The notes under the pieces are model-generated. The model worked only from the letters and a program-made list of their open reading frames with translations, did no database searches and was not told the origin of the DNA. The translations under genes were made by a program, and so were the position numbers. DNA of 64,000 bases from Octopus vulgaris (Eukaryota): assembly GCA_951406725.2 (NCBI GenBank), contig OX597815.1:1488001-1552000 (forward strand), read 5' to 3'. Below, in pieces: positions 1-11,749 of this stretch. The stretch's first letter is position 1; the number at the start of each line of letters is the position of its first letter.

Positions 1-161
1 ACACACACACACACCTCTGACGATGAAATGCTGATGTCTGGTCGCCGTGACATTGGTTTCTCATTGATTTGTTATCGCTGTATCAGTCTTTGTTCACTTC
101 ATAATGGGGGAGTGGGGATGGGGGAGACTGCTCAGGAAATCACACACACACATGCTTACTT

Positions 162-199
<38 letters not shown>

Positions 200-697
200 A
201 CAGTGAATGATTGACTAATGAATGAAGAATAAGCAAACAGAGAAACCTCCAAAGCTAGAAATAGCCACCGAATATTCCTCAAAATGAGTCCTGCTGTTTT
301 AAAAAGAACACAATGGACAATGTAATTCCTGAAATACAAAAAGTTGGGATGGTCATGGTTGGAAAGCTTTGATTATGGGTCAACAGTATCAAGGATTACC
401 TTGAGGTTAAACAATATGGAAGGTTAATGGAAAAGTCCATTTGTGAAGAGACATCGACAGAGTTCAGAGCCAAAGACGAGTGCCATCTTGGAATTGGTTG
501 CAGGAATGTGTTGCACTGAAGGTCAACAGGACCATGACCAGAGGGGTTCCCTCCATGACCATTCCGTTTTTCTCTAGGCTAATATATCTACAACTACATC
601 ATTAAGCAACGCATCCTGCTTTTATACACTCATACACAATCACAGATATACACACACATATATATATATACAGTCACAAATATACACTTACACTTTA

Positions 698-849
698 TGG
701 CGTTAGGAAGGGCATCCAGCCGTAGAAACATTGCCAGATAAGACTGGAGCCTGGTGCAGCCTCCTGGCTTCCCAGACCCCGGTCGAACCGTCCAACCCAT
801 GCAAACATGGAGAACGGACGTTAAACGATGATGATGATGATGATGATGA
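698..849 (+). mobile_element. RTE-LINE 3'UTR fragment (family A) with (GAT)n tail
   Basis: ggcgttaggaagggcatccagccgtagaaac...ccaacccatgc...gttaaacgatgatgat. The same sequence follows RTE ORF ends at 4410-4841 and 12485-12659. Confidence 0.7.
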
Positions 850-1301
850 CATATACACACACACACTCTTGCAGGAACATCTAACTGCTATTATTAGCAG
901 GTTTTTGCAACCACATGATGTCACCTCTGTTGGCTCACAACGATGTAAAGAGACAGGAGGCAGACTGATGCAGAGTTTGGGCTAAAAAAAATAGGTGACT
1001 TTTTAACGGTGAAGACATTTAACCATTTTCATATTTCTAAAGAGGAAACCATTTTAATGAGACACAAAAGGAATGGAGTCCTGGATACAAAGACAGGATG
1101 GTCATGGCTGAAAAGCTTTTGATCCCACGTTTGCTCAGTCAGGGTGGACTTGCAATTAAACAACAACACAAACCTATCAGAGCAGTGGTTCTCAAACTTC
1201 TCCAAAAATTTCACGTGCCAGGCCCCCTTTTAGTTTTTTCAATGATCCGTGGTCCCCTATAAAACACAGAACTTTATATAACAGGGAAAAAATGACATAC
1301 A

Positions 1302-1640
1302 TTCATCAACATCAATGTTTAATGTCCGCTGCCATGGGTTGGATGTTTTGACTGTGGGCTGGCGAACCAGATGGCTGCACCAGACTCCAATCTGATCTGG
1401 CAAGGTTTCTGCAGCTGGATGCCCTTCCTAACGCCAACCACTCTGAGAGTGTAATGGGTTCTTTTACGTTCCACTGGCACTGGCATCAGCCATGTTTGGA
1501 TGGTGCTTTTTATGTGCCACCAGCACAGGAGCCAGTTGGGGTGGGGATGCTGGCATTGACCATGTTTGGGTGGTGCATTTTAAGTGGCACCTGCACTAAC
1601 AGGGTCACCAAGTACTTGCAAGACAAAAAAATCTTTTGAT
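1302..1640 (-). mobile_element. RTE-LINE 3'UTR fragment (family A)
   Basis: Reverse copy of family A (ggatgcccttcctaacgccaaccact, ttttatgtgccaccagcac repeats). Confidence 0.65.
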
Positions 1641-2000
1641 AGGGGAGGAGGCATTGGAGGAGGTGATCCAATGTCAGATGATGAAAGGTTATAGTGAAAC
1701 AGAGACAGAAACAGGTGTCTTTCTGTAGAGGAGGCACAAGATTACCTGGCCAGAGAGAGAGATCAGGAATGAGGGCAGAAACAGGTGTGCTGCCACAAAG
1801 GAGATACATAGTTACTCAACATGAGGGAAGTGCAGAAGAAGAGAGAGAGTGGAAGACAGCAGGATAGAGGTGGTGGCAAAGTGCCAGGCATATTCACAAG
1901 GGACAGGGATCAGAATATAAATGGGGATGTAAAGGCAGAAAAAGATATGGATAGTGGCAAGTACCAGGGCAGAACCTCGAGGTTTAATAGTCATATATAT

Positions 2001-2430
2001 AACCGTTTCTCTCAATAGCAATGTTCCGCCTTCGAATGAGAGCATGTATTCCTGCCCCATAAAATTCTGTTGACAGTTCTTTGAGCCACTTCTTCACTAC
2101 AGTTTTCACTTCCTCATCACAGGAATAATGTTTGCCTCTCAAACCCTCTTTCGTGGCACCGAAGAGATGATAGTCTGAAGGCGCTAAATCTGGTGAGTGT
2201 GGAGGTAGTGAAGAAGTGGCTCAAAGAACAGTCAACAAAATTTTACGGGGCATGGATACATGCTCTCATTCGAAGGTGGAACATTTCTATTGAGAGAAAC
2301 GGTGACTACGTTGAGAAGTAGGGATGTAATCCACAGAGGACCAGCTTCATTTTGATGTATGATACATGTTCCTGTGTTGGTAATTATACCTGTCCTAAAC
2401 AAAATGGCATTACTTTTTGACTCACCCTCA
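2001..2430. mobile_element. Mariner 3'-end fragment arranged as a fold-back
   Basis: 2001-2100 is the reverse complement of ~2206-2303. It ends in the mariner-type TIR ctttttgactcaccctca followed by TA. Confidence 0.65.
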
Positions 2431-2440
2431 TATATATATA

Positions 2441-2652
2441 TCATCATCATTGTTTAACGTCTGCTTTCCATGCTAGCATGGGCTGAATAGTTCGACTGGG
2501 GTCTGGGAAGCCAGGAGGCTGCACCAGACTCCAGTCTGATCTGGCAGTGTTTCTACAGCTGGATGCCCTTCCTAATGCCAACCACTCCGTGAGTGTAGTG
2601 GGTGCTTTTTATGTGCCAGGCGAGGCTGGCATCGGCCACGATCGGTTGGTGT
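2441..2652 (-). mobile_element. RTE-LINE 3'UTR fragment (family A)
   Basis: (CAT)n followed by gtttaacgtctgctttccatgctagcatggg...ggatgcccttcctaatgccaacc. Confidence 0.7.
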
Positions 2653-2675
2653 TTGAAACTTACAGAAAAACTTAA

Positions 2676-2800
2676 GATGAAGACAGGTGTATAAACAAAC
2701 AGGTGTATTAGTTTAACGCTCAGGAAGGTGAGAAAGTCTTTAATATTTTGAGCCAACGCTCTTCAACAGAAAGGGACACGAGGAAATAAACAGAGGGAGA
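2676..2800 (-). mobile_element. Penelope-like terminal-repeat fragment with CpG-decayed hammerhead
   Basis: Minus strand ctgttgaagagcgttggctcaaaatatt resembles ctgacgaagagctccgctcgaaacgtt at 54.6 and 60.0 kb. Confidence 0.45.
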
Positions 2801-2802
2801 AT

Positions 2803-3012
2803 ATGTATGTATGAGTGTGTGTATGTGTGTGTATGTGTGTGTGTATGTGTGTATGCATGTGTGTGTGTATGTGTGTGTATGTGTATGTGTGTATGCATGT
2901 GTGTGTGTGTGTATGTATGTGTGTGTATGTGTGTGTGTATGTGAGTGTGTGTGTATGTGTGTGTGTATGTGTGTGTGTATGTGTGTGTGTATGTGTGTGT
3001 GTGTGTGCGTAT
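2803..3012. repeat. (TG)n/(TATG)n compound microsatellite
   Basis: Seen directly in the sequence. Confidence 0.95.
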
Positions 3013-3639
3013 GTTTTCCTCCCAGACTCTCATGTAGTTTATTCCAGTGTTTGGTTATTGTTGGCACCCACAATATGCACAGCTGAGATATTCTCTTGTT
3101 TTGTTTTTCTTTTGATTCCTTCATTCCTTCATTCATCCAACCCACATTATTGCTAATATGTACTTTTGTAAACTAATTATTCAAATTGGTTCTTCAATAT
3201 AAATTCCAAATCCTAATCGCTCTCAGAGCCAGTTTTTCTCCTTAATTCTTCATATAACTTCCAAATTGAAATCTCTGTAAAGCCTCACTATATCTTTCTT
3301 TCATGTTGGCTAAATAATCTCTAAAATAATCCTTCCTTGTTTGTCATGTGCCTGCCCATTCCCACCATCCCCACCACTAATACCAGAAATCTGGCTTCTC
3401 TCACTGGAAATCCCTTATCTCGCCTCTTCCCCTCTCTCTCCCCAGGACTAATCCAACCAGATAGCAGCCCACCAACGTAATCTAACATTGGCATAATGAT
3501 ATTCATATTTACTTTTATTTCTATTTACATCTGCAGCACCAGAAATGCTTGTATTTACACTTATAGTTACAACACTCATAACACTTAGAGTTACAATGTT
3601 GCTAACACTTACTCCAGTAGGGGCAACAATCTTAACATG

Positions 3640-4841
3640 CTTGAAGGTTTGAATGATGATAGGTTAAAAGCGAGAACAACAGGTGTCGCATGTCTATCAA
3701 ATGAACATGGAAACCTTTTCGGGCACTGAATAACATCTCTCCTTCCCATGTTTACCCCCACATCCCTCTCCCAGTTTTTAGAGATGCTTGAATGGAGACA
3801 TGTTGATGTATGCTGCATACAAGAGATAAGGTGGAGAGGAACTTCAGCCAGGGTTCTCACAGGCAAGGCACATAGGTATAAAATCTTCTGGGACGGTATC
3901 AGTGATGGAGTAGGTGGTGTAAGCATACTCCTTGCAGAGAAATGGATGGATAAAGTCATAGAGGTAGTCAGGGTGTACGTTAGAGTGCTTAAGCTTAGGC
4001 TAATATAGCTACAATTATCTCTGCCTACACCCCACAAGCGGGCCTACCAAATGAACAGAAGGACCACTTTTATAATATCCTTCTACAGGCTACCTGCGAT
4101 GTTAGTGTGCATGTTCAACAGGGTGTAAGCATCTTGAGAGAAAAGTTAGGCATAAGAGGAATCAGATGTGGTGTGCAAGAGAGACAACTGCACTGGAATG
4201 GTCATGTGATGCATATGGATGAGGAGAGTTGTGTAAAGAAGTGCAGATCTCTAACTGCAGAGGGAACCTGTGGTAGAGGTAGAGTCAGGAAGATATGGGA
4301 CAAAGTGGTGAAGCATGATCTTCAAAATTTGAGCCTCATACAGGCAATGGCCAGTGGCTGAAACCTTTGGCGATGTGCTGCGCTTGAGAAGGAAACCCAC
4401 CAAGCCAAGTGCAGCTGTGCTGGTGGCACGTAAAGAACATCTTTTGAACATTGTGTCTGATGGAGGCAAAGTGGCTGAGTTCCTCTCGAGCATTGGGCTT
4501 CACATAGGCAAAGTGGTTAAGACTTTTGACATTATGTCATGCTTGAGAAGAAGACTCATCAGGTGGAACAAAATTGCAATCATGGAAGATACCTGTGTCA
4601 TGCAAATTGGCACCTGCGCTGGTGGAATGTAAGTACGCCCCGGAGACCTGCAAATGGCGCTTGTACAGGTGGCACATAAACGCACCCATCACACTCTCAG
4701 AGTGGTTGGCATTAGGAAGGGCATCTAGCCGTAGAAAACCATTCCAAATCAGACGGGAGTCTGGTGCAGCCTTCTAGCATGCCAGCTCAATCAAACCTTC
4801 CAACCCATGCCAGCATAGACAATGGATGGATGTATGATGAT
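3640..4841 (+). mobile_element. Internally deleted RTE LINE (APE N-terminus, ORF C-terminus and 3'UTR)
   Basis: EMLEWRHVDVCCIQEIRWRG...GVGGVSILL is an APE endonuclease N-terminus. QLHWNGHVMHMDEESCVK...GRGRVRKIW is an RTE C-terminus. A family-A 3'UTR with a GAT tail follows. Confidence 0.85.
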
Positions 4842-5576
4842 GGTGTGTGTATGTGTGTATATGTAGATATATATATGTAAATATAGTAGTATGAAAAAAG
4901 GAGGAGAATTTCAATTACCCCCACATGGTGAGTTGTAATGCAAAAAATATATAAAATGAAAGAAGGAAAATGCACACAGTTTACATGGTTTTAATATATT
5001 TTTTAATACATTTTATAAGTGAAAGAGTATTGTTAGTCGACTGGTTTCGCTTTTGCCAATCATGACATTGAAATTATTGTAAGTTTATGTTTTTAAGAAG
5101 ATTTTAGTCCATGTTATGTGTGGAGAAGTTTGTGAATGAATGAATCAACAAGTAGAAAAATGTAAGGGGAGGTAGCAGTTGATCATTATTACTCAGGACA
5201 GGGGAGGTCATTGCTCATTTTTTGGGGGAGGGGGTAATAAATATACAAAGACTCAAAAGCTAGAGCAGTGAGATGAAATATCTACAGCAATGTGTATGTG
5301 AACATGAATTAAAATATATACTGAGATCAACATTCACTGTAAACAGTGGGAACACTGTCAAATTGATGGCTGTTTCATTAGCTTCTGGTGCTGAGTTGAA
5401 ATGTTATTGAGGCTTTGTTGTTGTTTAGCCCTAGGCCAGCTCTCATCCAGCACAACTAGCAGTAAATTGTTCCAGCCATGATTACCTCATCTTACCTTCA
5501 GACAATATATTCAATACTACATTATACAGTGACCCTTTTTTTATTATTATTATGGTCAAAATAGGAGTTGAGGGAA

Positions 5577-5921
5577 TCATCATCATCATCATCATCATCA
5601 TTAAACGTCCGCTTTCCATGCTAGCATGGGTTGGACGATTTTAACTGAGGGCTGGCGAACCAGATGGCCGCACCAGGCCCCGATCTTGATCTGGCAGAGT
5701 TTCTACAGCTGGATGCCCTTCCTAACGCCAACCACTCCGAGAGTGTAGCGGGTGCTTTTTACGTGCCACCGGCACGGGGGCCAGTCAGGCAACGACCTTG
5801 CTCGAATCTTTTTACACATGCCACCAGCACAGATGCCAGTAAGGTGACGCTGGTAACGATTACGCACGAATGATGCCCTTTTACGTGCCACCAGCACGGA
5901 AGCCAGTTGGCTGCTCTGGCA
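5577..5921 (-). mobile_element. RTE-LINE 3'UTR fragment (family A), CpG-intact (young) copy
   Basis: (CAT)n tail and repeated ttttacgtgccaccggcac motif. Confidence 0.75.
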
Positions 5922-6206
5922 AATGCTTCAAAATTACTGACCCCCACCCCTATTTAATAGTTAGGGTAGGGCCTATCTGCTGAGTGGAAAGAGGGACTGG
6001 TTATAGGAAATTTCACCATAAACATTTTTGCTGTAAGAAATTTTGTATGAAAAGACATCTTCAAATATTTTAATGTTTCATGCTTAATGTTGCCAATTCA
6101 ATGCTTTAGAAAACCTTTCAGCATTTATCAATGCTAAAGCATATTATTTAATTTCGTTTTTGGATTTGGTTTGCAAGGTTCTTTATGTGAGTTCGTGTGT
6201 TGAAGC

Positions 6207-6461
6207 ATATTCTGTTGTGTCTGGGGAGAGTCATTCTCTTTTGGTGCCTTATGATTTAACACACTCACCGGTAACATTTCTACTTTTTTCTTATTTTTAT
6301 TTTCCCAAAATTTTCAATAGTCTTGTCTACTGAAAAAGTTGCAAGACGCAACGAAAATTTTAGGAAAATAAAAATAAGAAATTAGTGGAAATTTTACCGG
6401 TGAGTGTGTTAAATTATAAGGCACAAAAAGAGAATGACTCTCCCCAGACACAACAGAATAT
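6207..6461. repeat. Fold-back (~110-bp inverted arms), probably PLE-derived, with a degenerate hammerhead at the centre
   Basis: atattctgttgtgtctggggagagtcattctc... pairs with ...gagaatgactctccccagacacaacagaatat. A related single copy lies at ~29775-29880. Confidence 0.8.
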
Positions 6462-6697
6462 TATTTAATGTTTTTATAAAACCTTTTATTTTTTCACTCT
6501 TTTTACTTGTTTCAGTCATTTGACTGCGGCCATGCTGGAGCATCACCTTTAGTCAAACAAATCAACCACAAGACTTATTCTTTGTAACACAGTTCTATAT
6601 TTAAGTGGTTAAGAGCATGGGCTACCAACCCCAAGATTCTGAGTTCGATTCCAAGCAGTGACCTGAATAATAACAACAATAATAATAATGGTAAAAA

Positions 6698-7159
6698 AGA
6701 TGGGCTACAGCAAATATTCTGCTCAATACCACAGATTTGCTTGTCAGTTGTTTGACCGTAACCAGTTGAGCATGTCCCTTAGTGGCTGACGATATGTGCA
6801 TCTCTGATCACGAGCAGAAGTAGTGGGGGAGCATCATAGCCGTGTGTTGAAAGGAATTCTTGGAGGTTTGGATAATTCACCTTTGGAAACATGGGTGGTT
6901 CGTTCAACATCCTCAAACAATCCTTATTCAGGGACCTCTTGAACGGGATGGGCTACTCGACCTGAAGAAAATTCTAACTGGGCCCCACCTGCAAGGTCAT
7001 GTGCTGTTTATCTTGATATGAGATCACCATGTCGCGCACATATGGTTGTGATGCATGTGCCTGGTGTACCCTTATCAGATGGGTAGTCTTGATGGGTATA
7101 CTGGGCTTCGTATATTTTACCCCAGTGTCACTTTGATGGCATGCACTGCTCTCTCACTC

Positions 7160-7160
<1 letters not shown>
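6698..7160 (+). mobile_element. Unclassified retroelement 3' fragment embedded in (AAT)n
   Basis: A close second copy lies at ~47435-47668. It is flanked by and tailed with (AAT)n. Confidence 0.6.
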
Positions 7161-7190
<30 letters not shown>

Positions 7191-7230
7191 GTAATAATAA
7201 TAATAATAAATAAATAAATAAATAATAATA

Positions 7231-7580
7231 AGACTAAAACAATACCTGTTGTCACAGGTGCCCTGGGAATGATAGCAAAAGGGGCTGATTGCTACCTAGC
7301 TCAGATACCAGGAAACCCCAAAATGGCAGAAATTCAAAAGATAGTGCTCATGGGAACTGCTCATGTCCTACACAAAATACTTTCTATGTAATCTCAAGTT
7401 TTAAAACAAACAATTTTCTTATGGTTTATCAAACATTCTCTAGAACAACACTAAGTACAAAACCAAACATATGGCACCCTAGGCATAACACCAACACAAA
7501 CTTCCAACCTGTTGTCTCTTGGGGTCTCTGGGTGAGACTTGGAGCCAACTTGTACAAATGTAAAGCAAAAGTCAAACATA

Positions 7581-7626
<46 letters not shown>

Positions 7627-7905
7627 TCAGATACCAGGAAACCCCAAAATGGCAGAAATTCAAAAGATAGTGCTCATGGGAACTACTCATATCCTACGCA
7701 AAATACTTTCTATGTAATCTCAAGTTTTAAAACAAACATAATTTTCTTATGATTTCTTAAACATTCTCTAGAACAACACTAAGTACAAAACCAAATATAT
7801 GGCACCCTAGGCATAACACCAACACGAACTTCCAACTTGTCTCTTGAGGTCTCTGGGTGAGACTTGGAGCCAACTTGTACAAATGCAAAGCAAAAGGCAA
7901 ACAGA
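7231..7905 (+). mobile_element. Two tandem 5'-truncated R4/Dong-clade RLE-LINE 3' ends in (TAA)n
   Basis: TIPVVTGALG...IQKIVLMGTAHVLHKILSM* matches the RLE C-terminus (PxVxGALG...LQKxxLLGTAxILR). Copies at 7231-7582 and 7626-7905 are separated by (AAT)n. Confidence 0.75.
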
Positions 7906-8363
7906 ATAATAATAACAATAATAATGGCTCCAGGCTTTGGAACAAGACCAGCATTTTGAGGGGAGGGGAATAGTCAATACCTTCATCCCCCATCTCATGA
8001 CTGGTACTTATTTCATCAACTCTAAATGGATAAAAGGCAAAGATGACTTTGAGAGGATTTCAACACAGAGTGTAAAGAACTGGAATGACTGCTATAAGGC
8101 ATTTTTCCAATGCTTAAACAATTCTCTCAGCCAACCACTGCCTCACTACATTAAATATGAAATCATTAACTTAACTATTGTGTTTTGTTGTGGATGGTGT
8201 CACTAAGTAAATTCTTCTCTTAAAATATTTCAGCAGTAGTTCACTCTCTCTTTCTCTTTCTCTCTCTCTCTCTCTCAACTCAGATTGTTGTTATGTTCCA
8301 CTCCCAGCTCTCTCCACAGGAAATATATATTGGACAGCCAAGAGAAAAATATAGAATGGGAAC

Positions 8364-8394
<31 letters not shown>

Positions 8395-8402
8395 ATTTAT
8401 AT

Positions 8403-8793
8403 TCTTTTTCTTTTAGTCTTTGACTTGTTTCAGTCATTTGACTGCGGCCATGCTCGAGCACCGCCTTTTGTCGAGCAAATCAACCCCAGGACTTATTCTT
8501 TGTAAGCCTAGTACTTATTCTATCGGTCGCTTTTGCTGAACTGCTAGGCTACGGGGATGTAAACACACCAACATCGGTTGTCGAGCGATGGTGGGGGGAC
8601 AAACACACACACACACACACACACACAAATATATACATATATATGTATACAATGGGCTTCTTTCAGTTTCTGTCTACCAAATGGACTCACAAGGCTTTGG
8701 TCAGCCCGAGGCCATAGTAGAAAACTAGTGGAACTGAACCTGGAACCATGTGGTTGGTAAGCAAGCTACTTACCACACAGCCACTCCTATGCC
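8403..8793 (-). mobile_element. tRNA-derived CORE-like SINE (family C)
   Basis: Reverse copy of 9463-9870. Confidence 0.75.
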
Positions 8794-8892
8794 TATACAT
8801 ATATATACACACACACACACATACATACATATATATACATACACACACACATATATATAAACATACACACACACACAAATACATACACATAC

Positions 8893-8928
<36 letters not shown>

Positions 8929-9462
8929 ATATACATACACACATACATATATACATACACACACATATATATATATATAAACATACACACACACACAAAT
9001 ACATACATACACACACGTATACATACATACACACACACACATATATACACACACACACACATATATACATACACACATACATATATATACACACACACAC
9101 ATATATACATACACACACACATACGAAATTAATTTGTGTAATGAGAATCTCCCACATGTATTCTATGAGCTACCAATAGTTTCACGTACACAAGTCCGTT
9201 CATCAGGTGCTGATTGAACTAAGCAACCAAGAGGTTTACGTTTAAATAGAGGACAGGTGTGAAACGTACCTAATGGAAGGTTCCGACAAAATGGGGTGAA
9301 TGAATAATTAAAAAAACAGGCAATAACAAATCACCAAAGGCTTCAATTAGTGTCTTCTCCACTGACTCTGAGACAATACTCTCCTCCTTGGAATGCGAGC
9401 TGTACCCAACAATCCTGTCTTATTATTATTATTATTATCATAATCATTATTATTAAAATAAA

Positions 9463-9870
9463 AGGAGTGGCTGTGTGGTAAGTAGCTTGTTTACCAACCA
9501 CATGGTTCCGGGTTCAGTCCCACTGCGTGACACCTTGGGCAAGTGTCTTCTGCTATAGCGTCGGGCCGACCAAAGCCTTGTGAGTGGATTTGGTAGGCGG
9601 AAACTGAAAGAAGCCTGTCGTATATATGTATATATATGTATATGTGTGTGCGTGTGTGTTTGTGTGTCTGTGTTTGTCCCCCTAGCATTGCTTGACAACC
9701 AATGCTGGTGTGTTTATGTCCCCATTACTTAGCGGTTCGGCAAAAGAGACCGATAGAATAAGTACTGGGCTTACAAAAGAATAAGTCCCGGGGTCGATTT
9801 GCTCGACTAAAGGCGGTGCTCCAGCATGGCCACAGTCAAATGACTGAAACAAGTAAAAGAGTAAAAGAGT
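9463..9870 (+). mobile_element. tRNA-derived CORE-like SINE (family C), near full length
   Basis: A/B-box-like head (tggctgtgtggtaag...gggttcagtccc), CORE-like accttgggcaagtgtctt, internal (TG)n and (gtaaaaga)n tail. Partial copies at ~6500, 10345, 23375, 36880, 41084, 41385, 42650 and 51600. Confidence 0.8.
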
Positions 9871-10233
9871 ATTACTATTATTTTAGTAGTGTGTCTTTCT
9901 GTGGTGTGACACCAGAGAAAGACAGACTGCACTAAAGAGGACAGGAAGAGACACTAAGTGATGGAGAATTGATGAGGAGGTCAGAGAAAGGACTGTAAAT
10001 ATAGGAAAAAATAATAATAAAGTTGAAGTGATGACTGAGTGTGTTTAATTGGCTCTGGGGGGGAGGGGGGAACAAAGTGGAAAATGACCATCCCCAAAAA
10101 TATAAACAATAATAAAAGGTTAATGTTTGTTTTTTTTATGTTCTGTTAGGATAAAAACCGATTCTACATTAATCTGAAGAGTTATTGCTTACCTTTGGTG
10201 GAGCACAAATTCATTATTCTTTCGTAAGAATAT

Positions 10234-10318
10234 ACTGTTGACAGTGACTTTGAAGTCTCTGCCAGTTAAGTCATCGTCAAATGATGGCTTAACTGGCCTT
10301 CGGAGTCACTGTCAAAGT
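10234..10318 (+). ncRNA. Candidate pre-miRNA-like or dsRNA hairpin
   Basis: About 33-36 bp stem with three G-U pairs on the + strand, one 5-nt bulge and a 7-nt loop, in non-repeat sequence. Confidence 0.35.
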
Positions 10319-10960
10319 TCTTGTGTGTGTGTGTGTGTGTGTGTGTGCATCTTTTGCTTCAATCATTGGACTGAGGCCATTCTGGAGCACCAATTGAAGG
10401 GTTTTAATTGAATGAATCAACCCCAGTATTTCTTTGAAAGTTTGGTACTTATTCCATTACTTTCTTTTACTGAACAGCTAAATTACAGGGGACATAAACA
10501 AACCAACACCAGCTGTAAAACAGACAAACAAAAACACACAAACATATATACATGACAGGCTTCTTTCAGTTTCCATCTACAAAATTCACTCCCAAGGCTT
10601 TGATTGGCCCATGGTCATAGTAGAGAGATTGAACTCAAAGCCATGTGGTTGGGGAAGCGAACTTCTTAACCACATGGCCGTGTGTGTGTGTTTCTGTCTC
10701 CTTCCCTTGACATCATGCGATAGTTGTAAAATGATTGTCCCCGTCATACAAGCAGTGTCGTTCGTTTCTGATATTCTGCAAGAACCTGTCTGGCCATGAG
10801 GAAATATTGTCTTGCTGGGAAAACAGGCGAGGGTTGGTGACAGGGAGAGCATCCAGCCATAGAAAATCTGCCTGAATCAAGTCTGCTTGAACAGTGAGCA
10901 TGGGAAAGTGAAATAATGAAGATGGGACTAGTCTGCTCATTAAAAATTTAATTAGGAAAT

Positions 10961-11280
10961 TCATCATCATCATCACCATCATCGTTTAACATCTCCGTTC
11001 TCCAGGCTAGCATGGGTTGGACAGTTCGACTGGGGTCTGGGAAACCAGGAGGCTGCACCAGGCTCCAGTCTGATCTGGCAGAGTTTCTACAGCTGGATGC
11101 CCTTCCTAACACCAACCACTCCTTGAGTGTAGTGGGTGCTTTTTACGTGCCACTGGCACAGGTGAGGCTGGCAACGGCCACGATCGGTTGGTGCTTTTTA
11201 CGTGCCACCGGCACAGAAGCCAGTCAAGGCGGCGCTGGCATTGGCCACGTACGGATGGTGCTTTTTATGTGCCACCGGCA
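10961..11280 (-). mobile_element. RTE-LINE 3'UTR fragment (family A)
   Basis: (CAT)n tail, family-A core and three gtgccaccggcac-type motifs. Confidence 0.75.
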
Positions 11281-11749
11281 ATTGTTTAATTAAAAAGTAA
11301 TCTTTATTTCCAACATAACCTGGATGCCTCATTAGAGCACTGAATCCTGCATTATTAGTTAGACTGAGAGATTCTCTCTCTTATAGGCGCTTGGTGCATG
11401 TTAAGTTGGATACAAAGATTACCTTTTGACACTAATAATGTATCTGTTGCGAATGATGTTTAATTAAAGATAATGTTGTTAAGTGACAAAATAAGATCAA
11501 AGACTGAGGTTACTTTTGGAAGAATCCAGGCATTTATGGTAAAAATACAAACAAAATTTCAAAGTCTAAGAATAATAAATGAGAAACAGACTGCATTCCT
11601 ACTAAGTGGCATTTCATCCAAAATTCTAAGAAAAATTCTTAAAAATATCAATGAACCGCAGAAATATATTATTCCAATTAAAACTATAGTACAAATAGAC
11701 CAATTAGGAAATAGTAAAAAGTTATAAGTACAAAGACTGGGGAAGAGAA

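Noticed and set aside
160-328. Apparent minus-strand exon (tttcag acceptor, gtaagc donor)
   Set aside because: The acceptor lies within a dispersed repeat also seen near 1.1, 5.4 and 39.6 kb. The segment includes a (TG)n tract and has no protein signal.
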